Below, in pieces: positions 9,299-20,595 of a stretch of DNA of 64,000 nt (the stretch's first letter is position 1; the number at the start of each line of letters is the position of its first letter). A program made the position numbers and the translations under genes. The stretch spans positions 704,001-768,000 of the forward strand of contig CBDCDA010000002.1 in the NCBI GenBank assembly GCA_965215335.1, in the 5' to 3' direction. The DNA is from an uncultured Candidatus Entotheonella sp. GTDB lineage: Bacteria > Tectomicrobia > Entotheonellia > Entotheonellales > Entotheonellaceae. The notes beneath the pieces were generated by a model. That model saw only the letters and a list, made by a program, of their open reading frames with translations. It ran no database searches and was not told the DNA's origin.

Positions 9299-10999
9299 AT
9301 GTACGACCTCGTCATACGAAATGCGCGAATCGCCGACGGGCTCGGCAATCCCTTGCAGGAGGGTGACCTTGCCGTCAGCGGCGGCCGCGTGGCGGCGATT
9401 GGGGAGGTGCGGCAGCCGGCGGCTGAAACCGTGGATGCCCGGGGCATGGTGCTGGCGCCCGGCGTGATCGACCTGCACACCCATTACGACGCGCAGTTGA
9501 CCTGGGACCCCACCGCCTCGCCGTCGCCCGCACTTGGCGTCACCACCGTGGTAATCGGCAACTGCGGCTTCGGCATTGTGCCCGCGCCGCCCGCCGCGCG
9601 CGACGCCATTCTCGCCAATCTCGCCGAGGTCGAAGGCATGTCGCTCGACACCCTGAAGGCCGGGGTACGCTGGGGCTTCGAGAGCTTTGGCGAGTACCTT
9701 GACCTGCTGCGCCGCCAGGGCGTCTACCCGAACGTCGCGGCACTGGCCTCGCACGCCACCCTGCGCACCGTCGTCATGGACGAGGACAGCTCCCACCGCC
9801 CGGCGCGCGACGACGAGATCGAAGCCATGGTGGGGCTGTTCCGCGACGCCATGGACGCCGGCGCCGTCGGGATCGGCTCCTCGACCAACGAAAATCACCG
9901 CGGCCACGGCGGCGCGCCGATCGCCTCGCGGCTCGCCGAACTGGCGGAATTCGGCGCCTTCGCTGACACCATGGCGGATTACGACCACGGCGTCTTCCTG
10001 ATTACCCCGGGCAATCACATGGGCATGGACTTCATGGAGGCGTTCGCCCGCCGCAGCGGCCGCCCGGCGGTGTACGCGGCGCATTTCCACTACGCCCACG
10101 AACCCGAGCGCGGGCGCAACCTCATGCAGCAGGCGCAGGCCGCCCGCCAACGCGGCCACCGCGTCTACACACAAGGCTCGTGCCAGCCCCTCAGCCTCAG
10201 CTTTCCGCTCGATGCCGCCTACATCCTCAAGGCCATTGATCCCTGGCCCACCACCTCGGACCGCACGGCGTTGCGGCGCACCTTCTCCGATCCCTCGTTC
10301 CGCCAGGCATTTCGCGACGCCCTCGCCACTCCGGTCGGCGGGCGGGTGTTCAACGGCCGTTGGGACTGGGTCCTGGTAACCCGAGCCGGCCGACCGGAGA
10401 ACGCCGAGCTTGAAAACCGGACCGTCGCCGACCTCGCCCGGGACCGGGGCGTCGACCCGCTCGATCTGTTCCTGGACCTCGGCCTGCAAGAGGACTTCGA
10501 GACGTTCTACACCGTTTACATCTTGAACATGGATGAAGCGGGCGTGGAGGAATTGATCACCAACGACGGCACCCTGGTCAGCCTGTCCGACGCCGGGGCG
10601 CACAGCGCGCTGTTGTGCGACGCGGCCTATGCCATGCACTTGCTGAGTCATTGGGTGCGCGATAGGGGCGTGTTCGATCTGCCGACAGCCATTCGCAAGG
10701 TCACCAGTGATCCTGCCGAGGTGTACGGCATCATCGACCGGGGCCGGCTCGTCCCCGGCACCTTTGCCGACATGATTCTGTTCGATCCCGACACGCTGCG
10801 CATTACCGGCACGGAACGTCATCACGATCTGCCCGCCGGCGGCGAACGTCTGCTGCGCCGCGCGCCGGGGCTGTGCGGCACGTGGGTCAACGGCGTGCAG
10901 GTGTTCGACGGCGTGGATTATCTGACGCCGCCGCGGGCGCCCGGCGAGGTGCTGGCGAAGTTCGCGTCCAGCAAGCCGTCGCTCGGCATGTCAGCCTGA
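9299..10999 (+). CDS. N-acyl-D-amino-acid deacylase (amidohydrolase)
   Basis: PGVIDLHTHYD, GVTTVVIGNCG, SDAGAH and ADMILFDP. Confidence 0.9.
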   Translation: MYDLVIRNARIADGLGNPLQEGDLAVSGGRVAAIGEVRQPAAETVDARGMVLAPGVIDLHTHYDAQLTWDPTASPSPALGVTTVVIGNCGFGIVPAPPAARDAILANLAEVEGMSLDTLKAGVRWGFESFGEYLDLLRRQGVYPNVAALASHATLRTVVMDEDSSHRPARDDEIEAMVGLFRDAMDAGAVGIGSSTNENHRGHGGAPIASRLAELAEFGAFADTMADYDHGVFLITPGNHMGMDFMEAFARRSGRPAVYAAHFHYAHEPERGRNLMQQAQAARQRGHRVYTQGSCQPLSLSFPLDAAYILKAIDPWPTTSDRTALRRTFSDPSFRQAFRDALATPVGGRVFNGRWDWVLVTRAGRPENAELENRTVADLARDRGVDPLDLFLDLGLQEDFETFYTVYILNMDEAGVEELITNDGTLVSLSDAGAHSALLCDAAYAMHLLSHWVRDRGVFDLPTAIRKVTSDPAEVYGIIDRGRLVPGTFADMILFDPDTLRITGTERHHDLPAGGERLLRRAPGLCGTWVNGVQVFDGVDYLTPPRAPGEVLAKFASSKPSLGMSA

Positions 11000-12331
11000 A
11001 AATTCGAGGGGCTGGTTCAGCAGATGGGCCTTGATCTCGCCGAGCAGAAGCACCGAGCCGGTGACGCAGATGGCGTCTGTGGGCCGCGCTGCGGCGTGAG
11101 CCATGGCTAATGCATGCTCGGGTGTCTCGGCGAGTCGGACCGCTACGCCGTGGCGCCGTACCTCGTCGGCCAGACGCTGCGGCTTGCAGGCGCGCGGGCT
11201 GCGGAAAGCGGTGACAATCGCCTCGTGCGCCAGAGGCGCGAGGGTGGCCACGAAATCCTCCACCTTCTTGTCCGTGGCCATGCCGAGCACCAGGAACAGG
11301 CGCTCGGCGTCAAACAGCTCACTTAGCATGTTGGCGAGGCAGCGAGCCGATTCCACCGTGTGTGCGGCGTCGAGCACCACCCACGGCTGACGACCGATGA
11401 TTTCAGCCCTCCCTTCCCATTGCGCCGCGGCGAGCCCGTGACGAATGTGGTTGTCGCTGATGGCCCAGCCCCGCTGTCGCAGTTGCAGGCAGACGGCCAC
11501 CGCTACGGTGGCATTGGCCGCCTGATGACGCCCGACGAGTGCCACGGTGATGCCCTCGATTTCGTGACCAAATCCCTGGAAGCGCATGTGCGTGCCGGCG
11601 GTGGAAGCGTCGATAACCTGCCAGTCAAAATCCCGTCCCGCCATCGACAGCGTGGCCCCCTGTTCCTGAGCCCGTTGCTTGAAGACCGCCACCACCTCTG
11701 GCTCTTGTGGTGCGCTCACCACACAGGCTTGCGGCTTGATGATGCCGGCTTTCTCGGCGGCGATGGCCGCAAGCGTGTCGCCGAGAATGTGGGTATGCTC
11801 CAGACCGACCGGCGTCAGGACGGCAACCTGCGGGGTGAGAACGTTCGTGGTGTCGAGGCGGCCGCCGAGTCCCACTTCCACCACCGCGATGTCGACCCGC
11901 TGACGGGCGAAATATAAGAAGCTCAACGCTGTGGTCAACTCGAAGAAGGTGCGGAAGTGCCTCGGCTGGCCGCGCCACGTCGGCCGCAGGTGGCTCCGCA
12001 GTTCGGACACAAGGGCGGCAAACGCCCGTTCGCTGATGAGTTGGCGGTCGATCCGGGTTCGCTCGCGCAGGGTGACCAGATGCGGATTGGTGAACAGCCC
12101 GGTGCGCAAGCCGGCTCGGGAGAGAATGGCCGCGGTCATGGCGGCGGTGGACCCCTTGCCCTTGGAGCCCGCGATCAGTACCGAAGGGAACGCTTGGTGT
12201 GGGTCGCCAAGCTCATGCAGGAAGGCGGCGAAGGTTTCCAGGTTGAAATGCTCGGGGACGTAGGGAACCCGCTGCCCGGATTCGTAATTGATGAACTGCG
12301 CCAGGTAGGCCAATGCCTGCTCGTAGGTCAA
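10991..12331 (-). CDS. folC: Folylpolyglutamate synthase/dihydrofolate synthase
   Basis: AGSKGKGST, EVGLGGRLDTTNV, EKAGIIK and LDAAHT. Confidence 0.93.
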   Translation of the reverse strand: MTYEQALAYLAQFINYESGQRVPYVPEHFNLETFAAFLHELGDPHQAFPSVLIAGSKGKGSTAAMTAAILSRAGLRTGLFTNPHLVTLRERTRIDRQLISERAFAALVSELRSHLRPTWRGQPRHFRTFFELTTALSFLYFARQRVDIAVVEVGLGGRLDTTNVLTPQVAVLTPVGLEHTHILGDTLAAIAAEKAGIIKPQACVVSAPQEPEVVAVFKQRAQEQGATLSMAGRDFDWQVIDASTAGTHMRFQGFGHEIEGITVALVGRHQAANATVAVAVCLQLRQRGWAISDNHIRHGLAAAQWEGRAEIIGRQPWVVLDAAHTVESARCLANMLSELFDAERLFLVLGMATDKKVEDFVATLAPLAHEAIVTAFRSPRACKPQRLADEVRRHGVAVRLAETPEHALAMAHAAARPTDAICVTGSVLLLGEIKAHLLNQPLEFSG

Positions 12332-13872
12332 CGCCGTGCTTCCTCGGCCAGCAGCGCCGCTGCCTCGCGCAACCGGGCGTGCACGAAGTCGGGCTCCAGA
12401 GAGCGCAGGAACCAGCCCGCCCGCGGGCCGCGGCTGCGGTCCAGAAAGGCGACGTAGACCGCCTCGAAGACGTCCTTGGCGGCCAGCCCCGCCTCCTCGG
12501 CGAGGGCGTAGACCAGGGCGTGGATGGCGTCACCATCCATCTCTGGCTGCAGCCGACGGTCCAGAAGTCCCAGGGCCTGACGCTGTGATGGGGTCAAGTC
12601 GGCGGCGTGTTCGGGCAAGGTCGGTTGCAGGCGCAAACGGCTGTCCGGCGGGCTGAAACGGGCCACCCAGAAGGTTGCGAACGCCACCCGTTTCTGCAGG
12701 GTTGCCGCGTCGGGCACCGGCAGGTTGTGGCGCTGCAGGATGGTCTGGATTTTGGTCACGTCGCCGTCGGTGATCTGTACCAGGTTGACCAGGTGCCGGA
12801 AAGGCACGCCCACGGCGTCCATCTCGGTGATTCTGGCCAGGTCGGCGGCGCGGGCGTCGCGGTTGTTGTCGGAGAGATCGTCGTACTCGTCCATCAGGTT
12901 GAGCAGCGGCAGGCCGGGGTCGAAGGCAATGCGCCGCATCGGCCTGACGCGAAAGATCAGGTAGCGCACCACGTCGGGCGGAATGGCCTGCGTGAGGTTG
13001 ACGATGCTGACGAGATTGCCCTTGCTGGACGACATGTCCCCCTGGCCCTTCAGGCCGATCCATTCGTATGGAATCGGGTGCGGCGGCTCGCCGTTGAACA
13101 CCTCGCGCATGATGCGCCTGCCGGTGTCGTACGAACCGCCGCGCGAGGCGTGGTCCTTGCCGAACGGTTCTGCGGTGACCCCCAATGCCTGCCAGCGCGC
13201 CGGCCAGTCCACCCGCCAGGTGAGCTTGCCCGCCTGGGACACTGGCGCCGTGGTGTCGTGACCGCAGTCACAGGCGTACGACACGGTTCGGGCAGCGGCG
13301 TCGAACCCCGTCACCCGCGTGCCCGCCAGGCGGCCGCACGCCTCACACAAGGGGTTGTAGGGCGACCAGTCGTCCGCCATCGCCTTGCCGGTCACGTCGT
13401 GCAGAATAGCCTTGATCGTCTCGGTGTTTTCCAGGGCCGTCATGATCTGGTCGTCGAGATGGCCGCCGCGGTACAGTTCGTGCGCTTGATACACTTCCAG
13501 TTCGACTCCCAGCGTCTGCATGGCCTGCAGGAAAGGTTGCAGGAAATGCTCGGCGTAACTGGCGTGCCCGTCGCACGGACACGGGATATCGCATAGCGGC
13601 CTGCCCACGTGCGGCTGGTAGCGCTCCGGGTCCAGAAAGTCATAAACCCGTCGCAGCGGGTCCATGGTGTCGGCCACGTAGTTCAACCGGCAATCTGCCC
13701 CCTGCTCCCGCAAGGCGCAGCGCACCCCTTCCGCGGTCAGCACCTCCCGCAAGTGCCCGACGTGATACTCCCCCGACGGCGTAATCCCCGTACTCAGCAA
13801 ATGCCGTGGCCGGCTTGCCAAAAGCTCGTGGGCCACCTGATCGGCCCAGTGCCGTGAGACAACTTCGTTCAT
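12328..13872 (-). CDS. lysS: Lysyl-tRNA synthetase, class I
   Basis: HWAD, TGITPSGEYHVGHLRE (HIGH), WRVDWPARW and MSSSKG (KMSKS). Confidence 0.93.
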   Translation of the reverse strand: MNEVVSRHWADQVAHELLASRPRHLLSTGITPSGEYHVGHLREVLTAEGVRCALREQGADCRLNYVADTMDPLRRVYDFLDPERYQPHVGRPLCDIPCPCDGHASYAEHFLQPFLQAMQTLGVELEVYQAHELYRGGHLDDQIMTALENTETIKAILHDVTGKAMADDWSPYNPLCEACGRLAGTRVTGFDAAARTVSYACDCGHDTTAPVSQAGKLTWRVDWPARWQALGVTAEPFGKDHASRGGSYDTGRRIMREVFNGEPPHPIPYEWIGLKGQGDMSSSKGNLVSIVNLTQAIPPDVVRYLIFRVRPMRRIAFDPGLPLLNLMDEYDDLSDNNRDARAADLARITEMDAVGVPFRHLVNLVQITDGDVTKIQTILQRHNLPVPDAATLQKRVAFATFWVARFSPPDSRLRLQPTLPEHAADLTPSQRQALGLLDRRLQPEMDGDAIHALVYALAEEAGLAAKDVFEAVYVAFLDRSRGPRAGWFLRSLEPDFVHARLREAAALLAEEARR

Positions 13873-13900
13873 CAAGCGAATCCTTCGGATACCTGATTCT

Positions 13901-14198
13901 CTAGCCGGTCGCGGTACGCCCGGTGATGGCCTCGCGCAGTCCTTCCAGCAGTCCTTCGAGCCGCGCCTGGCCGTGCTCCAGCCGCGCCACACGCTCGCCC
14001 AGCCGGCGTCATGTCTTCCCGCAGGTGGCCCATTTCCTGCCGCAACCGTGCCGCCATCTGGGTCATCTCCTGTTGTAGCCGCGACTCTACCTGCGTCATC
14101 TCCTGCCGCAGTCCGCGGCTGCTCGTCAGGATCAGCCCACCCAAGGCAATGCCTACCGCTATCATTGGAATCAGGATATTGGCGGATTCACCCATCAT
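13901..14198 (-). pseudogene. Small TM plus coiled-coil protein with apparent +1 frameshift near 14005
   Basis: N-terminal TM and LRQEMTQ repeats; removing one base continues as RLGERVARLEHGQARLEGLLEGLREAITG* to the TAG at 13901-13903. Confidence 0.6.
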
Positions 14199-14212
14199 TG
14201 CCTCCAACAAAA

Positions 14213-16331
14213 TCAATTGCGACGTAGGGGGGCAAACAGGTGACTCGAAACTGCAACTGGCCTGCCGACCTTGAGACGGGTAAGCGCTGTTGTGATTTCG
14301 TCATCTTTCAACCATGATGCCAACCATTCCCGTTCCTGAAACTCCATCGGGAGGCGTTGCTGAAAGATCGTCTGCTTATCCGATGGGGCGAAAGTTTTTC
14401 GTGCTGTGTCCATAAGGTCCGACGCCACCACAGGCACCCTGTTCCAATCAACAGGTCCCCTGGTTTCAATCGAAAGGTCATCTGCCGAGTCCCTTTCAAG
14501 CCCAAGCCACGACAGAATGACGCGATTCACAGACAAGCCGGCAAAGGTGAAATAACGGCGGCCGGTTGTGGTGTCCGTATACGGAATCGTGTCAACTCCT
14601 GACGCCTCCCTGATTTTCGACACGAACCGCCCGACCGGCACCCAGTTCTCAGGCGTCATGAAACTGGTTTCCGCACTGGTCTCGAAAAGCCAGTGCCAGA
14701 GCGCATTGGCGACGAAAACATCCAGCCCTGCAGGTCCGCTATTGGAAAACACCAAGTGAACATCCGCTTTCTGTCCGCTAGCTGGTTTGACTCTGAATTG
14801 CCGAGCTACCACGCCAGTTGCCTTGTAACACTTACCGGCAAATCGGAACGTGGTTCCGTTGTTCAACCGCGGCAGATTGACGCGAGGAATCGAACCCAGA
14901 TGCCGACCATCGCAGACCAGATCGATCGTCTGGCTGCCAAGTGGAAAGTTGCCCCAGATGAGATTCTGGTCTCTGAGTTTCCACAACGCCTCTGTCGCTC
15001 CGTAGCGGTTCTTGAATCCGTGTCGCTGGACGAGGCCGTGTGCTTCCAGTTCGCCCAAAATCCTTTCGATGGATATCTCGGGTCAGGTCGGAGCGGTAAC
15101 CGACTTCGTCGCAGATGTCGGCGATACGCGTGAAGGCTCCTTCCTGACGCAGAATAACCGAAAGTGTATGCTGGCCGATTGCTCCGAACAAGTCGAATGG
15201 TCGCTGCGCCGGCATGCTGCCACTGGCCGCCAAAGCCAGCAGCGCCGAAAAGACCGCAGATTCGCGAAATGACCCGGGGCCGTCCCGTGAGAGGCAGATT
15301 ACATTCGTTTTCCGGGTTCTGCGGTTTCCTCGACCGATACGCTGTAGCAATGATTCCACCGATGGCGGTGGCCCATATAAGATGACCGCATCGATGTCGC
15401 CGATATCGATCCCCATTTCAAGGGTGCTGGTGGAGACACAGACCGCCCGGACGGTGGTAGCGAACCAGTTTTCTATGTCCTGCCTCACTTCGCCGGACAA
15501 AGAGGAATGATGGGGAGCGACAGTTCCCCCCAGTCCAGGGCGCGACTTGAATGCGGCGGTCAACGCCTCCACTTCGTTCCTGGAGTTTGCAAAGACCAAA
15601 AGCTTCCGTCGTTGCGACTTCATCAATCGCTCCAACAGCAGCGCGGCCTCTTTAACGGAATGGCATATCCGAGTGTCGCCGTCGATGCGTCTGGCGGCAG
15701 GAAACCTGAGCATGTCCGCATCGACATCCGACCCGAAAAGAAATGTTCGAATGTCTTCCGAGCGACTGACAGTCGCGGACAGGGCGGCGACTTGGATTGG
15801 GTTTTTAATCATCCTCCGCAGTCTGTGAAACAGGATTGCCGCCATCTGTCCTCGTTGGCTGTTGTAGAGCAAATGGACCTCGTCGAATACAACGGTGGCA
15901 ACATGATTCAGGCAGACATGCTTCTGGAAGATCAGAATTCCGAGAGATTCGGGCGTCGTTACGACAACATGAGCACCACGAGAGCCGGTCAACTCGTTGC
16001 GGTCGCCGTGCCGGATGGCCAAGTTCAATCCCAGGCGGTCCAATGGTGGCCGCAAGCGTCGCGCCACATCATTGATCAACGCCTTGGTCGGGCAGACGTA
16101 TATCAGAACGGTGGCATCGTCCCGCAGGGCTTTGTCGCGAAATCGACTTATCAGAGGCGCAACGACGGCCTCTGTCTTACCGGAGCCAGTGCCCGCGGAA
16201 ATGACGGCATTTCGGCCGCCGCATAGGGAACGAATGGCCGCTTCCTGAACGGGTCTCAATGCGGAGAAGTTCCCAAAAAAAGCTTGGCCAACCTGCTGCG
16301 AAAAAGGCTCTGCAACTGAGGACATCATCAC
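14213..16331 (-). pseudogene. Lhr-like DEAD/DEAH helicase, frameshifted near 15070
   Basis: GTGSGKTEA, DEVH, SAT and QRIGRGNRR; C-terminal part lies in another frame (14213-15058); an extra C in ATCCATC explains the shift. Confidence 0.8.
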
Positions 16332-17551
16332 TCCAAGGCGTCATCCAGCACCCGCACGACTCGTCTGATTGCCTGCCGTGCTCGATCCTGTACGGCGTTA
16401 CGAGCCTCCACCACAACGGCTTGATTCATTGCCTCAATTACGCTTGCCGAACATTGATAGTCGTATGCAACTTCATGCACCAGGACGATGCGTGCGGCCA
16501 GTCTGAGCAGGTCTCGCGCCTCCAGTGGAGTCATGGAAAAAGTGGGCAGTTCATCAAACTGACTGTAGTCGAAATCCCAATGATCCTTCTCCATAAGACG
16601 CGCCTTGCACTTCTCGGTGAAGGCTGGTGTGACTGCGAAAAAGGTCTTGCCGGCAAAGCGGTCACCCGACATGAATCGGAACAGATTCCAGAAGGCGTCC
16701 TCTTCGTAATTGATGTTGTTCAGATTGGTGAGAATGTCCTCGAATTCGTCAAAAAAGACAGCCAACCCGGCCATGCCAGAAGCGACCAGCATCCGATGAA
16801 TGTCTTTGAGCGCGTTCCAGCAGTTGCGGTAGGAACTGGGATGGAAGACCAATGACTCTTCCTTGTAGAACTTCTGGTGCGAACGGGGGTCGCGAAAATG
16901 CCGCCGTAGCCCTTTTACCAATGTCAGGTAGATGTCCTTCCTTTTGTTCTTGTAAACCTCTGGAAAGGTAAGCCAGTCCATGACCATCTGTCTGACTTCT
17001 GGCCTATCGCTGGATGCCCAGGCCCGAAAAGCGACAAAGAGGGGCGGTGAGGTAAGTTTCTCGGCATAATCCCATCGCCAGTTGTTCGTAACCTTGGCCC
17101 AGAATTCGTATCCGGGAGCGTTGCGGTCGGTTCGCGCCTTTTCTGATGCCTCAGCAAGGAAATCTAGTGTTTGCTCAAGATTCCCCTGAGTGCCGTCCGG
17201 CAGGGGAATCTGAATATTCCGCAGAATAGCGCCGAGCATCTGGTCCATCCGATTGAAGCGGACGCCCGACTTGGCATCCAGAACGGCAAGGCTTACCCCG
17301 AACCGCTTCTGGAGAGCTTTTTCCCGGATCAATTCAAGTAGGTGGGTCTTGCCGGCGCCATAGTTCGCCTTGAGCAGAAGGGAGTATGACTCGCCGTTGA
17401 TCAGGTGGTCATCCAGCCGCCTGATTTCTTCTTTTCTTCCGACCGTGAATGTCTCCACGAACCCTGCCGGCGGGATTCCCATACGAAGCTTTTCAAGCAG
17501 CTTTTCTGCCTGCTTAGGTTTCAACGATACGAACGTCTCAACTTTTTTCAC
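16328..17551 (-). CDS. DUF2791/BrxD-like P-loop ATPase
   Basis: LRMGIPP, TVGRKEEI, ANYGAGKTH Walker A and FFDEFE Walker B. Confidence 0.82.
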   Translation of the reverse strand: MKKVETFVSLKPKQAEKLLEKLRMGIPPAGFVETFTVGRKEEIRRLDDHLINGESYSLLLKANYGAGKTHLLELIREKALQKRFGVSLAVLDAKSGVRFNRMDQMLGAILRNIQIPLPDGTQGNLEQTLDFLAEASEKARTDRNAPGYEFWAKVTNNWRWDYAEKLTSPPLFVAFRAWASSDRPEVRQMVMDWLTFPEVYKNKRKDIYLTLVKGLRRHFRDPRSHQKFYKEESLVFHPSSYRNCWNALKDIHRMLVASGMAGLAVFFDEFEDILTNLNNINYEEDAFWNLFRFMSGDRFAGKTFFAVTPAFTEKCKARLMEKDHWDFDYSQFDELPTFSMTPLEARDLLRLAARIVLVHEVAYDYQCSASVIEAMNQAVVVEARNAVQDRARQAIRRVVRVLDDALE

Positions 17552-18507
17552 GCAGGTCGTCCATCACGTCGTTGTATACTTCTGACGGCGCACGCTCCAC
17601 ACCTTCCATGGCGTCGTCCAATTTCTGTACGGTTGTTGTGGTCAATACCCGCCAGAATCGCACTTGAGAAAGACTTGGGTGGGTTTTGTCCAGTTCGGTG
17701 ACGAATTCGTTCAAGGTCGTCAAGTCCGGCAGAGAACCCCCGGTCTCCGGGTAGGCAGTCAGGTAAATCTCGCGGATCTTTGCCGCCACCTCCTGGTATT
17801 GGTCCAGGGAAAAATCAATGGCGTCAAGGTTCCAGACATTTTCCAATGCCTTGGGAGACCGGTCGGTCAGGTCGCCGATACGCCCCTTTAACGCGCCGTA
17901 AATCACGATCCCATGTTTCGGATCGTTATAAAAATCAGGGGTGGTTGCACAGAGCAAGAAAAGGCCGGACAGGTCGGACACGTTGTTAATCAAGTGAAGT
18001 AGGGTGTTATGCGCGTCCCTGAGAGCGCTCTTCCGCATGATCGAGTAGGACATCTCTGCTTCGTCAAAAAGGATCACCAATCCATTGTAGCCCATAAGCT
18101 GAATACAGGCCGACAATGACTGGAGCATTAGCTTTGCATTGTCCTTGCTGACCAGTTTGTTGATCCCGAAATTCTTGCGCCATTGGCCGACCGTGCCTTC
18201 CCCGCTGAACCATTGAAGGATTTCGTCTCGCCTCTGTTCCAAGATCGCCGGATCGGGCGCTTCCGGAAGAAAAGTCTCCCAATACTGTTTGACGATTTTT
18301 CGGAAATCGATGTCGATGGCGTTACAGGCCATCAGCTTCTCCGTTGCGACTGAGACATTTTCGTGTGTCACCTCCTGCGGTTGGCCGTGTTTACCGCTGG
18401 ATAGGAATACCAGGGCTTCCCGCAATACGACGCCAAACGGTGCCGCCGACGCCTGTGCTTCGCTCGCAAAGTAGTTGGGCGTCGCTATATTCCGAACGAT
18501 CGAGAAA
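17538..18507 (-). pseudogene. Second DUF2791/BrxD-like ATPase, 5'-truncated at the IS end
   Basis: GYNGLVILFDEAE and YGALKGRI are typical of the family; no Walker A; frame runs into the IS terminal repeat. Confidence 0.75.
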
Positions 18508-19826
18508 CAATACTTCGGACAGTTTTGAGAGCAAGGTAGTCGCACGGGTTCTCCAATTCCATAGTTGTGTTAGCCCACGCAACCAAAGAATGGAGGTGTC
18601 CCGTGCGACTGCTTCAAAGTGTACTGCCGACCTTGGCCCAAACCAAGAAACCGCAACGCAAATTCATCGCCCATCTATTGGGGCTTCTACCGATGCTTCC
18701 CGGCCATGCCACGTTTCGTAATCTCAGCCGCTACAGTTCGTATCATGAGCGCACCTTCGCGCGCTGGTACGACCGCCCCTTCGACTTCGTCTCACTCAAC
18801 AAGGCGGCGATTACCCAGGTCATCGCGCCCGAGCATCAACAGGCTCTGGTCATTGATGCCAGCTTCATCCCCAAAAGTGGCAATCACACCTATGGTCTTG
18901 AGCACTTCTGGAATAGCCGACAGCGGCGCAGTGAAAAAGGTCTGGAAGTCTCTGCGGTGGCCTGGCTCGACATCACTGACAACTGCGCCTATGGCCTCAG
19001 TGTCGAGCAGACACCACCGAGCGACAAGACCTCTGAGGTGCAAGGCACTCGCATCGATGACTGGCTGGCGCAATTGAGAGGCGTGGTCTGCGACCACCAA
19101 CTCCATCATCTACGCCATGTGATAACGGATGGCTATTACAGCAAACGTAAATTCCTTGACGGACTTCACGCCCTGGGGCTGCATCAGATTGGCAAGCTGC
19201 GCCGTGACGCCAATCTGCGCTATCTCTACCAAGGACCGGGACGCCCAGGACCCGGGCGACCCAAGACTTATGACGGCAAGGTCCATTGGGACGACCTGGC
19301 ACGCTTTGAGCGTGTAGCGAGCCAAGACGACGCCGTCGTGCTCTATCACCAAGTCCTCAACCACGTGCATCTTCGGCGCAATCTGCGTGTGGTGCTCGTG
19401 GTCGATACCCGCACTCACCGGCGGGCGGTGCTGTTCAGCACGGATACCGATGTGGATGTGCACAGCCTCTATCGCGCCTGCAAAGCGCGCTTCCAGATCG
19501 AATTTCTCTTTCGGGACGCCAAGCAGTTTACGTCTCTGAGTGCCTGTCAAGCGCGTTCCCAAGCCAAGCTGCATGTTCACTTCAATGCGAGCACGAGTGC
19601 TATGAGTTTGGGCAAACTGGAAGCTCGGCAGCAAAGCGGCGTTAGCCAGGCAGGATTTTCCATGGCGAGTGTCAAACGTCGCGCCTTCAACCAACATCTA
19701 CTTGAGCGAATTTCTCGGTATTTAGCCCAGGGGCATAGCCTGGAAAAATCCAGCCCCGAATACCAAGACCTTTGCAACTATGGCACGATCGCGGACAGGG
19801 CGGCCTAAATTCTGTCCGACCTATTG
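18508..19826 (+). mobile_element. IS701/IS4-like DDE insertion sequence
   Basis: Terminal IRs CAATACTTCGGACAG / CTGTCCGACCTATTG; no TSD visible. Confidence 0.8.
18603..19808 (+). CDS. DDE transposase (IS701/IS4-like)
   Basis: IDASFIPKSG, TDGYY and RFQIEFLFRDAKQ. Confidence 0.88.
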   Translation: MRLLQSVLPTLAQTKKPQRKFIAHLLGLLPMLPGHATFRNLSRYSSYHERTFARWYDRPFDFVSLNKAAITQVIAPEHQQALVIDASFIPKSGNHTYGLEHFWNSRQRRSEKGLEVSAVAWLDITDNCAYGLSVEQTPPSDKTSEVQGTRIDDWLAQLRGVVCDHQLHHLRHVITDGYYSKRKFLDGLHALGLHQIGKLRRDANLRYLYQGPGRPGPGRPKTYDGKVHWDDLARFERVASQDDAVVLYHQVLNHVHLRRNLRVVLVVDTRTHRRAVLFSTDTDVDVHSLYRACKARFQIEFLFRDAKQFTSLSACQARSQAKLHVHFNASTSAMSLGKLEARQQSGVSQAGFSMASVKRRAFNQHLLERISRYLAQGHSLEKSSPEYQDLCNYGTIADRAA

Positions 19827-20094
19827 CAGCATTCGTCCACTGGCTCAATCCCGGATGCCATGACCCCGACGCTGCAGCCGATTGCTTGGGGCCTGTCCCA
19901 TACCTGCTCAAAGCAAATTCGTTAATTGGTATCCGTGACGGAAAAAGTAATTGACATCCGCGACGTGAGCAATGTAGATGCTACCGATCGAGTCGAGGAG
20001 ATGCGCGATTTTATCCGAGGATGGGATCATGGAGAGAAGGAATGCTCACGCATAAGACGTGTTTAAGATCAAGAATTACAAGGGAGGGAAGTTC

Positions 20095-20550
20095 ATGAAA
20101 GTCTTTTCCGGTATTACCGAGATGAAGGAATACGTCGGCAAGGAAATCGGCGTCAGCCCTTGGTACGAGGTGACGCAGGCGCGCATCAACGCCTTCGCCG
20201 ACGCCACCGGCGACCACCAGTGGATTCACGTCGACGTCGAACGCGCCAGGAATGAATCGCCCTTCGGCGGGCCGGTGGCGCACGGCTATTTCACGCTGTC
20301 TCTGGCGCCGAAAATGATGTGGGAAGTGTACAAGATGGAAGGTGTCAAGATGGGCGTCAACTACGGCGTCAACAAGGTGCGCTTTCCCGCCCCGGTGCCC
20401 GCCGGCAGCCTCATCCGCATGCATCTGGTGCTCAGGGAGTTGCAGGACATCGAGGGCGGCGCGCAGGCCGTCATGCTGCTGACCTTCGAGCGCGAAGGGC
20501 ATGAAAAACCGGTGTGCGTGGCCGAATCGGTATCGCGCTGGTACGTGTAG
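20095..20550 (+). CDS. MaoC-family dehydratase
   Basis: FADATGDHQWIHVD and NYGVNKVRFPAPV. Confidence 0.9.
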   Translation: MKVFSGITEMKEYVGKEIGVSPWYEVTQARINAFADATGDHQWIHVDVERARNESPFGGPVAHGYFTLSLAPKMMWEVYKMEGVKMGVNYGVNKVRFPAPVPAGSLIRMHLVLRELQDIEGGAQAVMLLTFEREGHEKPVCVAESVSRWYV

Positions 20551-20595
20551 GACGAGCCTGCATTACGGCTGCCAATGGGCAGCCGAGGGACCCTC

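Noticed and set aside
19951..19980. Sigma-70 promoter upstream of the MaoC gene
   Set aside because: TTGACA is present but there is no convincing -10 at proper spacing.
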